Made by a program: the position numbers and the translations under genes
Source: Octopus sinensis
Taxonomy: Eukaryota
DNA length: 64,000 nt
Assembly (NCBI RefSeq): GCF_006345805.1
Contig: NW_021831284.1
Location: 744,001-808,000 of the forward strand
Direction: 5' to 3'
Notes under the pieces: generated by a model
Databases searched by the model: none
Told to the model about the DNA's origin: nothing
What the model saw: only the letters and a program-made list of their open reading frames with translations
Shown: positions 23,077 to 34,840 of the stretch, one piece after another
Numbering within the stretch: the first letter of the stretch is position 1
Layout of the letters: each line of letters starts with the position of its first letter

Positions 23077-25628
23077 AAACCATTTCTAATAATAACGAGA
23101 GATACCAGTATAAGGAAATTTCAGATACTATAAAAACCACAAACTCGTATAATAAATATATTTTTGTTAATATTACCTGTAGAAAATTCAATCTGTCAAC
23201 CAAGTCGTTGATATAACTCCCAAATGGTTTCATAGAAAGATACGAATTATTATTCCAATTGACGGTACTTTGCCAAAAACAAGACTATTTCCAATCTCCT
23301 CTAACTCTGAATTGAGTAGAACTAATCCTTTTACAGCCTTTTGGAGATCTGTTAGATTTGAGCGAATTAGAGCAGTTAAGCTAAAGAGTCAGCATATGCC
23401 TCACTACCGATTAAATCTTACCATTTCCTGCACAAGAACTGTGTTCATACTCTCATTATAGACGACGGGATATTTAATATTAGCCAGTCCAATGTCAAAA
23501 CTGGAAAGAAGCTGGAAAAGATTATTTTTAGATATTTATTCAAACCTTGGCTAAGATTTCGGAGGCAACCTGGTTGACACTCTCATCCAACTGAGCCGAT
23601 CCTCCCCGACTACCTGTACCGACGACCAATAAGACCGAGTCAAAGAGTTGTTTAGTCTCCTGAAGTTCTCGAGAAATGTCCACATTTTCATGCATTCCAA
23701 AAACCTCTGGAGATTGGGAATTTGGAAGATTCTTCAACTTTTATAGACCATCATAAATTTATGAACTCAATATAGTCCTCATAAGAGTTCTTTAGTGGTG
23801 GGTAGTATACTCCACTTGGAGAGAAACGATACTTGTTATTATCGACAACCTAACATATATTTCCTAAAAAAGCAACCTGATTATTGTAAAAACTTTCAAG
23901 GATAACACTAAGAGTCCTTCTGTCCCATTCGTCGGTCACCCTTCCACCATAGTTACACTCCGCAGTCAAATATTTTATGGCGCTGTAAGGCACATCTTCA
24001 TATTCCGTAATAAACATCTGAATATGTCTATCTAGTCACACCTTCAACTGACGCACTGATATTCTCAAATCCGAATCGTTAAGCCATACGGTTGTTCCAG
24101 CCTAAAGAACCAAATTTCTTACGCTCCTGAATCAAAGCATGAAAGAAGCACAACGAATACATAAGTTTCCACCATTTCTAAAATAAGAAAACATTCAAAT
24201 ACGTGCTTCTTATTTTCGTGAATTTTACCAAAAAATTCAGGCTCGGAAATTGGATCATTAGTGTAGGATTTTAAGAGATTCTGTCGCAGCCCAGTTGGAG
24301 GCTCGTTGGTCATCTTGGCTCCATTTTGAAGTATAGAAACAGGAAACTAAACTTATGCCATGTCATCATAAATACATTATTTGAAGGATAACTTGTCAAC
24401 CAAAGCCGAAATGAAGTGTGCGACTTGGAAGTCGATAAATTATCGCATATTTTCTCCAAAGACTTCATCCAGGAAGTAGCGAGATGACAGTTTTGGAGAC
24501 AAACCCAATATCCGTTCTCTCGGGCTTCGTTAATTGCTTTCAAGGCAACAGGCCCTTGTCCTTGCCCGAGGGAGACGACCTGCATTCTTTTTCCGTTGAA
24601 GCCGTTATCATCCGCAAATTTGAGCAAGGCATTCATGGGATCGGCTCCAGGGGAGAGCACAAAAATCAATTGAGTTTCGTTTGAAGAATCCAAAAAACTC
24701 TTTTGGAGATCAAACGGCGGCGGTTTGTGAACTTAGTCCCCAATGTTTCAGATACGTAGGAAACAATGCAGGAATAATCTATAAATTACAAATCAATTAA
24801 AACCTTATCCTGTCTTAAACACCTCAAAATAGTCATTTTGTCAAAAGAGCTGAGTTTATTCCATGGATACGGGTAGTCTATCTTTACAGGGTCTTGATGC
24901 ATATCTCTCCAAAGATTCTCGGATTCAACCACCGATTTTCTAATGCGGCGTCTACTTTACGTATTACTTTAAGTCTGTAAATGGTTCCAACTGACTTAGC
25001 CGACAAATTTCGTCCCATGATTTGTCTGATAGCCACGAGGAAAGTGGATTGAACTCGGTGTTTTCCAATCCCACGCCGCCAGTGAGCATAAATAAGACAT
25101 TTTCTGAATTAATAATTTTTTAGCACTGAATTTAGAATTTTATTTTACGTTTGAATGCCGAGGCAGAGAATGAACGAAAACAACAACTTGTCCTTCTCAA
25201 ACAAAGAGCGACATACATTTGAATACAAGTTGTATGTAAAGTAATCGGAAAGATATCGAATTCGCTTCTCAACTTGTTTAGATTTATTGCTAATAAGAAT
25301 TGTGCAAAAAACATAACTACCTGTCTTGGATAGACGTTATAAATAAGTTGATAAACCACGCGAGAGAGTACTGGTACATTGGATCAATATTGGAAAGATC
25401 AGAAATTGAGAAATACAACACTGAAGAATGATTGACAACCATTTGATAGCAAAGTCTTGTTTCGTTGATCCGTTTTTGAGTCTCTTCTGCAACCTTAGAA
25501 ATATTTCAAAATAGAAAGACCTTCTGTTTCTTGGAAATTTCATTTGAAAGTTGGTTTGAAGAGTCTAAAATTTCGATCGCGGTCTCGTCCTCCAAAATGT
25601 TTCCTTCAGAGTTTTCCAATGTGTAAAG

Positions 25629-26976
25629 CAGTGGTTCTCAACCTTATTTTTGTATCGCCCCCTTGGAATTTTTTTCGCCCCTCCAATTTTATATCGCCCC
25701 CTTATTTCATTAGTAAAAATTTTTATTAAAAAATAAGAGTTTTAATGAGATCCTTGTGGTTGATGAAGATTGACAAGTTTTTCAAATTTGTACTTCTTTT
25801 CGTAAGTGTAATTCGAATGTCGCCTCTTTCTTCTATATTTAGTTTGTTTCTTTTTTTTCCGATCATACTATTCAGAGTTCTGAATCCTCTCTCTACGCAG
25901 TATGACGTAGGAAAACATAATATTATTGGCATCATTTTTTCCCATGATTTCGGGAATTTCATTTTTATAGATTTTTCTCCCCAGAATTGTGTCAGGTTTT
26001 CATTTTTTAATTTTATTTTCAGTTTTTCGTCGTTTTTTAGTTCTATGAATTGAAGTGGACATTGGAGATTTTTGTTTTAGAAAAGCTAAAAAACCACGAT
26101 ATTTTCCAACCATAGCCATTGCGCCATCAGTTGCGCACGATAAAATATGTTCAAATGGAATATCATTTAAGAATAAATAAGATTTAAACATTTTGAATAT
26201 TGACAATCCTGTAGTATCCGTGACTAAAGATTTTGCAAATAATAACTCTTCTTGCAAAATAGAATCCTCATCGAAATATCTTTATAAAAAGTATTTATAA
26301 AAAGTAATACCTTACATATGCCATCAAAATTGACTGATTATCAACGACGGATGACATTTTCTGCAATCGAATGGGCATTACCTATAAATTAAAATAATAA
26401 TGCAACCAGTTTTTGCGATTATCTCTGCAACTTTATATGAATAAGATAATCCAGAGACATTTTGAGATATATTTTTATTAAAGATTGACGGTAAGGTGTT
26501 TTTATTTTCAAAATTCTTTTTTAATTCTAGAAAAAAGTCTGGCTTTTTTCCAATTGAATTATGATGTTTTCGCTTTAAATGTTCAATCAAACGAGACGGT
26601 GTCATTGCCTCATTCGAAAAAATTGTACCACATTGAAGACAAGTGGTTTATTAGGATCTTGAGGATCTTTAATAAATCCAAGAGAAATATATTCATCTTT
26701 ATACATTCTGACTTTTTTTGAACACGACCCATAAAGATAACTAGAAATCACGCTTAGAAATTTAAATAAAATATAATAAAAATATCATATTATTAATAAA
26801 TATTATTAGACTCGATTATATATCTTTATTTTTTTTAAAGATTATCGACTTCTAACATAAGATTTTAATTTTTCAAATATTAGCAATCAGCCATCGCCCC
26901 CCTGGCAGAAAAAATCGCCCCCCTACCAAAAAAAATCGCCCCTAGGGGGCGAATCGCCCACCGTTGAGAACGACTG
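25629..26976 (-). mobile_element. hAT/Buster deletion derivative inserted in a dynein exon (unit 1 only)
   Basis: TIRs CAGTGGTTCTCAAC / CAGTCGTTCTCAAC; 8-bp TSD GTGTAAAG / GTGTATAG; empty site at about 42983-42990; BED-finger and C-terminal 'FPTSYCVERGF' remnants. Confidence 0.95.
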
Positions 26977-28272
26977 GTGTATAGTATCTTATCTTCGATT
27001 TCCTTGAGCTGTTTTGCATTTTGAGCAGTTGTTATAATTAAATTTTGTCTTTCTTGTTCCAGTTCTGGTCTAAAAATAGTTGCCCATAAAAAGACCTTTC
27101 TTTAGCCACCACAATTCCGAGTAGCTGATCTTCCAGCCCATCCGGTGTGATCATAAAATTTATTATTGAGACCTTCGTGGCAATCTCTGAAGATAGTGAG
27201 GGTTCCGAAGTTTTGTTGTGATATAAAGTCTAAAATCTTTGCTGTATTCAATCATGGAATCTCCCAAACTAATCATTTCGACTCCTCCTGTTTATATATC
27301 AGTAATGTTGTGATTCAACCAGATTTAAGATTTGTTTTAAAAGTATGGCTCGAGCGATGTTTCGAGCTCTTCACCCACATTCTCAATGAGGACAGGGTTC
27401 CCAAACTGGATAGAGTTTTCTACAGTTCGCATGTAGTCACTATCAGTTAATTTCACAACAGCCAGTGAGTTATTTTTCTCCATATTCTTAATCCAGCTAT
27501 TCGACTGGTTCTGTGGATCTATCATCAACCGCCTAAAAAGTATTTTGGAAATTCATCACCATCTCTGCCCGTTGGCCACGATAATTCCATTGTCGGTCGA
27601 AAATTGGTCACGTGGAAGACCGTTAATATTCCAAGATTGTATTTTAATTGGTTCCCCCAATGTTTCCGACAACGAAAATCGGTACGAGCATGGAATTTCC
27701 AAGTCTTGCACAATTCGGTCCATTCACTCGTGCATTTATCTCGATATAAATAAGTAAACGGGCCCAAGTACGATATAAATCCGGCAGATATGAGGATATT
27801 TCCTAGAAAGAGAAATTATTTTTTCGACACAACCAGGAAGATTATTTAAGGTGTTTTGGAGGTTTGCAGCCTCTTTATTCCACCTTTCTTTTTCTCCGCC
27901 AAGACTTCCAATAAGCTTTTCCGCTCTGACCAGTTTTTTCCCGCACAATTCTACCTAAAGCGTGATTATTTTGCTTGCTGCCTGATTTTCAAGATTTTCT
28001 TTCTTATTTTGGGCTTCTTCTAAATTCATTTTGAGACTAGCCAAGAGATCTTCGACATCCTTTAATTCCTTTTGTTTGATTTTCAAACTTGTCATTGTGC
28101 TTTCTAACTCTTCTTCAGCAATTTTTAGGGTAGCCTTCTTGGGGGCAACGACTTTGGCCACTCGATCGTATATTTCTATAGCAAGAATCCACTTGCATAG
28201 TCCCTCAGCTGCAGATGACGCTTTCGCGACTTTGGAAGGATCGAAATCGAGATTTTTCATATATTCGTTGGC

Positions 28273-30061
28273 ACGACCGCCATTATCGAAGCCGTGGAAG
28301 GACAGTCGGGTTCCCCCGAGAAAGGTGACGTCATCCATTGGGGTAACGTTCGCGCCAGGCAGGGTTGCTCTAAGGCGGGGCACAGCGGATTGGAAGTCGG
28401 CCTCCGAACACGAGACATTAATGATCTCGGTCTTCTTTGCGTTGACCGAGAGGCCGAGGGTAGCCAGTGCTGGTGCGATGTGTTCGACATCCCAAATAAC
28501 CTGGTCAGCATGACCACCCAATATGGCATCATCAAGATACCACAGATTGAATGGAGAGACAGCAAGTCGAGCTGCCTCATCGATTGTCATCGCGAAGAGG
28601 AGTGGCCCTAGCGGATCACCCTGTTGCACGCCGGTCTCCGAACGGATGATCTCATTCCCGTATACAAGACTGCTCTCTGAGCCGTAGGCAAGCGAGACAA
28701 GATTGATTATTTCTGGTGCTCTTCGAGAGCATGTTTCCAAAATAGCATCCCGGCGCACGGTGTTGAAAGCGTTGGTGATATCAAGCTTCACAACGATAAA
28801 ATCGGTAGTAACTCGTTGGCCCATGTAGAAGAAACCCCTGGTGGCATGAACAGCTCCTTCGCAGCCGCCACGCACACCAACTTGCGTAGGCGAAAGCTCG
28901 GCCCCGATTCTCGTTGCAACCCTTCTGGCAGCGACTTTGCCGCAAAGCCTTCTGAAGTAGTTGCCAATCGCTATTGGGCGGACACCTCCGTCCAGTTTTT
29001 GAAAAGCGTGAAGGTGGGCAGCGAAAAAGAGATTCCTCGCGAAGAGGGGGATCCTTCCGTCGATGATCCTTCCGACAGGTTTCGTGATTGAACACAAGAG
29101 CCGAGAGCCGGATTCCCCAGTGATCGCAGAAGTCATGTCCTTGATATCAATTCCCCCGCTGCTGCTCGCTCCGAAAGATCTGATTCCCGACAGAACTTCT
29201 TCCTCAGTGATAATCATCAGTGTGGGGTTTCGGGGGGGAGTCCAAGGCCTTAGGTCTTCAGGGGCCGGCGGATGCTTTGACCTCAGCAAAGTTGATGTTC
29301 TGGACGTACACTCGGCAACAGAGTGCCCGGAGCACAAGACTCGGAGGGCAGCTCTCACGTCTCCTTCGAGGAGCTTTCGATTCACCCGATCGATCATCCT
29401 GGCGTCCTGTCCGATGCCATTTTCGGATAAGCCGGACTTCCTCTAAGAAGAGGGAAGGGTAGGACAAGATTGTCGCATTCCTCGCCGAAAGAAACTGCCC
29501 GAGATTCCCTTGCGGACGAGATTCCCTTGCCGGGATTGGTCGGCTCGTGCTTGTTTCCAAGGACGAGAGGTGCAAACAGGAAGATACGGAACCACGGGAG
29601 GTCTTCTTCGAAACTGAGTGCTTCTGAGATAATTTGTTCGAGGCAGGAAGCGGTCATTGTTTGGGGATACGGAGAGGGATGTCTCTTGTGCCACGAAGCG
29701 AGGACAGGGACAGAATAAATTCCTCAGTCGAGAGATTGTGGCGGGTAGTAGTACGAGAGGGTCCCCGATTTGGCCCAGCGCCCTTTGAGTTGAAGAGGCA
29801 GCGGGCACAGTGCCATGCGCCCAAGGCACTTGCAGTCGCCTTGACAAAGATACAAGCTCAGGTGGAAATGGGCATCGCAGAGGGCGCAGTGGATTCCCCG
29901 TTTGCGGGGGTTTGACACGAGGCACGACTGACATACTGTTGGGGAGCGAGTGAACTGTTCAGGTTTTTTCATAGTTCGATTTTCTTCAGAGTTCGTCATA
30001 TATTTCACACAGATCGAGTAGCGTTTAAAAACAACAACAACGACAACAATGCACGTCAATA
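28273..30061 (-). mobile_element. CRE retrotransposon (family C) 5' half: PHD finger + RT, fused to dynein
   Basis: PHD-like 'CQSC..IHCALCDAHFHLSC..WHCARC'; RT 'RPIAIG..VKLDITNAFN..GVQQGDPLGP..WYLDD'; 3' half absent. Confidence 0.88.
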
Positions 30062-30089
30062 TTCATTTGAATTTGGAATTGTATTATTT

Positions 30090-31090
30090 TTAGTAAATTA
30101 ATTTTTTTGGGGTGACTTTATTTTCATGTTATGCCCCCAAATTGTACCAGATTGTTGATTAATGAGAAGATCAGAATTTTTACATTTTATAATAATAATT
30201 TGAATCTACCTGCAATCATAAGACTTTTTACAACGTCTCTAAAAAGAATATTCCTTGAAGAGCTATTAACTATTTTAAGAAAAATAACACCTTTGGGGAA
30301 TTTATTGGAGTTCCCCAATCTAATAAAACTAGAGTTTTCGTCTTAAAATATTCTCTCAATCGACAAAATGACATCAGGATAGATTGACTTAATAAGCGGC
30401 GCATTGCTACATGACAATTATTGAAAGTTCAAAGGATTTCGGAAATGGAGGGACTATCTAGTTTTAAAGCAAGTGCGGGTTTTTTGTTTTTTGTTAATTT
30501 TAAGGCTTTTTAGAAAAATTTAAAAAACCTGAATGGTCTAAAATTAAGAAAACTGCACGGTGAAATTTCATCATGTAATGAACTGAATGAAAAATGTATT
30601 AATGATTTTCTTTCTTTGGAAAGATAAAATCTTAAAATACTGAATTGAAAATGTATACAACGCTGATGAAACATGAATTTTTTACAAAACATTTCATTCA
30701 AAAAGTGTATGCACAAACCCAAAAAAGGTTTCAAAATGTCAAAAGACCGGTTTTCAATTTATACATCTGAAAATTTCTGAACAGTTCTTCGCTATGAGGC
30801 TATTGATGAAAATTCAGTTGAGACCAGCAAAAATGAAAATGTGAATATTTTAGATTCTTTTCGCGCATTGGATACCTTAAGAAACTATTTTAAACTGAAT
30901 GTGACAGACATGGAAACTTTAAACATGTTGGAAAATATTGGTCAAAAGCTAGAACAATCCAGATTTAAGACTAAAATCACTGATTTTTCGAAATAAAAAA
31001 ATTTTCATGTCTTTATACAAAAATAATTAAAAACTCGATAAAAACCCTCTCTAATCCGTCACATTTCGGTCAAGAACCAAAAATGGTCAA
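30090..31090 (+). mobile_element. Tigger/pogo transposase remnant
   Basis: 'RLLINEKIRIF' HTH, 'FKASAG', 'LRKLHGE', 'NVYNADET', C-terminal 'KTKITDFSK'; degenerate. Confidence 0.75.
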
Positions 31091-31099
31091 GAAAGAATG

Positions 31100-34000
31100 A
31101 GGCACCGGAGTGTCTCTACTTAGCAGCATATTTCCCTGATATCTGATGTCCACTACAAAAACAACCGCGCCTTCTCCAGGACGGACTGTATTTTAGGGAC
31201 GCAGGATTCATATGAGTTATCCAATTTTTCTTTGAGATCGAGGCCGTAGGCGTAACGCCAACTTAATGGCCTCGTTTTCTCGAGTTTGTCGATTAGACAA
31301 ACCCTCTCATCTGTGTCATACCAGCCCTCAAACCCGTAGGTGAGAACCGGTTGTACACATGTCTTGTAAACGTAGATGAATGTTTCTGGACTCAGATGAA
31401 ATCTGATCAGGCTTCGTAGGATTTTAACGGCTCTCTTCCTTTGGGTATCGATATGATTTCCATAGGAGCCTCTGGCCAAGTTATTGTAACCCCAAGGTAT
31501 TGGAGGTTCTGCGAAAGTTTCAAGTCCCCAACTCCAAAGACACGAGCAGTTTCGCTCCTCCGCTTCGACAGTCTGCACACTGTGCTCTTGTCACGGGCCA
31601 GCGTTAGACCCTTTGCACGAGTCCATTCCATTATCTTGGCAAGGTTCGAGCCTTCGCCATGACAGATCACTCCGTCTCGAGACATCAGTTACGAGAATGT
31701 AGTCCGCGTATACAATGAGATTACTCGATCGACCCGTAGGTAACGGGATGTCAGCAAGAAAAAGATTGAATAATAGCGGGCTCAGTATAGAACCCTGAGC
31801 TCTTTTGAGATCCACACAATCCGATAGTCGATTTCTGCACCGTACATAAGATTTCCTCTCGTGGAGATAACTCTTTAGCCATTTGAATATTTTTTCACCT
31901 GCACCAGTCTCCAAAACTTTTTCCAGAAGTCCAAGGTGCCAGACGCAGTCAAAAGCCTTCGACAAATCCAAGCACATAGCAGTCGTGCAAGATTTATTAC
32001 GTATTGCCCAAGAAAGTTCCCTTTCTAGAACCTTCAAGCAGTTTCCCGTGGATTTCCCAGGACGAAAACCCATTGTACAAAGGAAAGCAGATTATTCTTT
32101 TCAACATGTAATGAGAGTCCTTCAAAAATTATTTTCTCCATAATCTTCGAAAAAGCGCAGATCAGGCTTATGTAGTTTTCTGCTAGGAGACTTGTTTTCT
32201 CAGGTTTCGGGATCATACGAACGACTGTGCACTTCCAGGTGGGCGGAAGATAACTAAGGGTAAAACTAGCGTCGAAAAGCATAGTTAGAGCCCGTAGGAG
32301 GATCCTCGGAGCCTTCTTAAGAAGTAACACAGGTATGTAGTCGAATCCAGGGCTTTGTTTTTCAGCCCTGCTATCGCTTCTTGTGTCTCTTTTCGGTAAT
32401 AGCCTCGCATAGAGGTCCATTCACAAGATTTAGAGATTCTAGCCTTGAAGTGACTTTCTCAAAGGTCTTTTGTGGAATAATTGATTCGGGTTCGACTTCT
32501 TGGGTTCTACCCAGCTGCCTTCTTAGTTCATCGGAGGGGATATACTTTCCATCTTGCCCCTTTAACACAATGTTGTCACCTTTCCCTTCCGCGTTGTTCA
32601 GGCGCTGATACGCCTTCCAAAACTTCGGATTTCTCTTATCCAGCATTCGGCATTCCTTCCTCCATGATTTTTCTATTTTCTTTTTGCCAATTTCAACTAT
32701 CATCGTCTTGAGGTGGTCGATTTCAACTTTTAACTGATTTCTGACTCCCACGTTGGAACACCTCCTCCTGCGATTCTGAAGGGTGCCCTTCTTCGTTATA
32801 AGCATCGACAGTTTTTTGTCTGTTTGGCGGAAACAAGGGCCCGATGCTCTCAATAATCTCTTTTCCGTAAATTTTTCCAAAAATTCGACAATTGATGACC
32901 TCAGATAGGCATCGAGGTCGTCGATATCCTCCATGGTCCGAAGAGGACGGAGCACGGTAGTATTAAGTGCCAAGCGCATGGAGTACTCAAATAGATGCCA
33001 ATCCACATTCGACAGATTATATCCAATAAACACGTCCTCTGTCAGATTTATTTTCGTCCTTAGTCTCAATGATTGCGGGATGTGATCACTCCCTACATCC
33101 ACCTTGATTGTCGGACGATCACAAAGTGGAGTAATAGACGCCGAGGAGAGAAAAATTCCAAGGCGATCCGGTCTGCCTCTATCCGGATAGTTGTTTAGCT
33201 CTTCGGACGTCCATATCGAAAAACCGAGATTTCGAGACAAACCCTCAAGTACCTCTCCGTCCGTATTGGTTGCTTCACACCCGTAGACAATATTCTTTGC
33301 GTTCAGATCACCGGCTAGGATAGCCAGATTGTTCTCTTCAAAGAATGTCCTAACAACAGCCGGGTAGCTTCTCAAAGCCTTTGAATACATCCCTCCGACA
33401 GTAACCCAGCCAACGGCTGTAAGTACTTTGAACGATATAAGTTCACAGGACTTGTCTTCAATAATCTTTCCGTTTTTGACTCTCATACTTCCATTATAGA
33501 AGACAGACGATCCTGTTCCTGCTACTGCGTCAGTTTTCCATGGGATATTAAGGGATTTGTAGCCTTCAAATTCAATTTTATTTGGTCCCTTCAGCTTCGT
33601 CTTGTTGACAATAAATACGTCCGTTTTCGCTGAGGCTAGCAGAAACCTCAGCTCCGTTACCCGTCTCGTGAGTGAGCGGGCATTTAGAATTGTCAGAATG
33701 AGACATCCTTCCGACATGGGTGGCTGACCTCCCGTGGGAGCGCCACCTTTTTCGGTAAAGGGGGCCTGCCTGCTTTCCGTTTGCTACCCACTTCAGCCGG
33801 CTCTAGAGGCGTCCGCGTCCTCCAGCCGGGCTTCGGGACTTGGCAGCTGAACACCAGAATTCGCTACCGCAGTTTTCTTCACTGCTCTCGCCTTCGGGGC
33901 GGCGGGTTTTGTTTCTAGGCATGGGTCCGTTTGGATTTCCGTATTAATGAAGCAGGTCTGAGTTCCGGGTTCCATCCGGTTTTTGACAATGTCGTCAGTT

Positions 34001-34835
34001 TGAACACCAATATCGCATTTCTTTGTGGATTTATAGTCAATTAGATGAGTTCTCTTCTGTGTGCTGATAGCAGCATGGGTAGCAGGTTTTGGATCAAGTA
34101 ACTTCTCCGACCAAGGGGCCTTCATGCCAGACATTTGTCTTGCATTTACATGATTTCCCTTAGTGTGAGTCATTTCCAGTTTTTTCTTTATCGATTGTTT
34201 TGCTACCGGACAGCCCAATTAGTTCGCCCGGTGTCCGTGTGATCCGCAGTTGATGCACGGGAGTTTGACGTGTGTTCCAATCGTACATTGGATGCGATCG
34301 TGAGCCTCACCGCACAACAAACAGCGCACTGCCTCCTTACAGTATAACGAGATGTGTCCAAATTTGTAACATCGGTAGCATTGCCTCTCAGGCTTTTTGT
34401 ACCAGATAAAACGGATTTGGTTGAAGCCAATTTTGAGACCTAGGGTGATCAACGACTGTGCTTCGTTTCTGTCCTGAATAGTAAGTTTGGCGAGAGGCAG
34501 ATATTTCCCATTGTGACCAAATCTTTCCAGTTTGAACCCTGGGGATAGCACTTTCGACAAAAGCCTGTGTAGATCCTCGTTATCGACCAAAAAGGTAAAT
34601 TCCTCATCATTAAAATCGAATCCCTGGGTGTCCGGTGCTCTATTGTGTGCCCATTGTCACCAAAAGGGGGTTCATTTCCCAATCGTTTTTAAAAGACACG
34701 AAATCCAGTTCCGAATTAAAGACAAGCTCGTATGAGCCATCAAAGCGACGGGAGATTCTCGCCTTGAGGGCAGTTTTCGAATTACAGATGATATTGGCTA
34801 CCTCAATTGAATCAAAAGAGGTGTTTGACACACGT
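31100..34835 (-). mobile_element. Jockey/I-like LINE (gag ORF1 + APE-RT ORF2), unit 1 copy
   Basis: Three CCHC-like knuckles 'CYRCYKFGH..C', 'CLLCGEAH..C', 'CINCGSHGH..C'; APE 'LNARSL..GDLNAK..SDH'; RT 'QWGFR..LDLSKAFD..QGSILSPLLF..YAD'. The 5' remnant continues after 39488. Confidence 0.92.
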
Positions 34836-34840
34836 ACAAT

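Larger units (their letters stand above)
22077..28272 (-). pseudogene. DNAH12: Axonemal inner-arm dynein heavy chain (DNAH12-like), 3' part only (stalk to C-terminus), interrupted by hAT
   Basis: 'SSAAEGLCKWILAIE', 'LMIDPQNQSNSWIK', 'VLSPGADP', 'SLGQGQGP', '[14 protein letters not shown]', 'CNYGGRVTD', '[15 protein letters not shown]', '[23 protein letters not shown]'. Tail, linker and AAA1-4 are absent from the window, and hAT sits in an exon at 25629. Confidence 0.88.

Noticed and set aside
24300-24760. 1-bp indels between duplicate units as biological frameshifts
   Set aside because: Mostly in homopolymers or short repeats, typical of long-read consensus error; not interpretable without reads.
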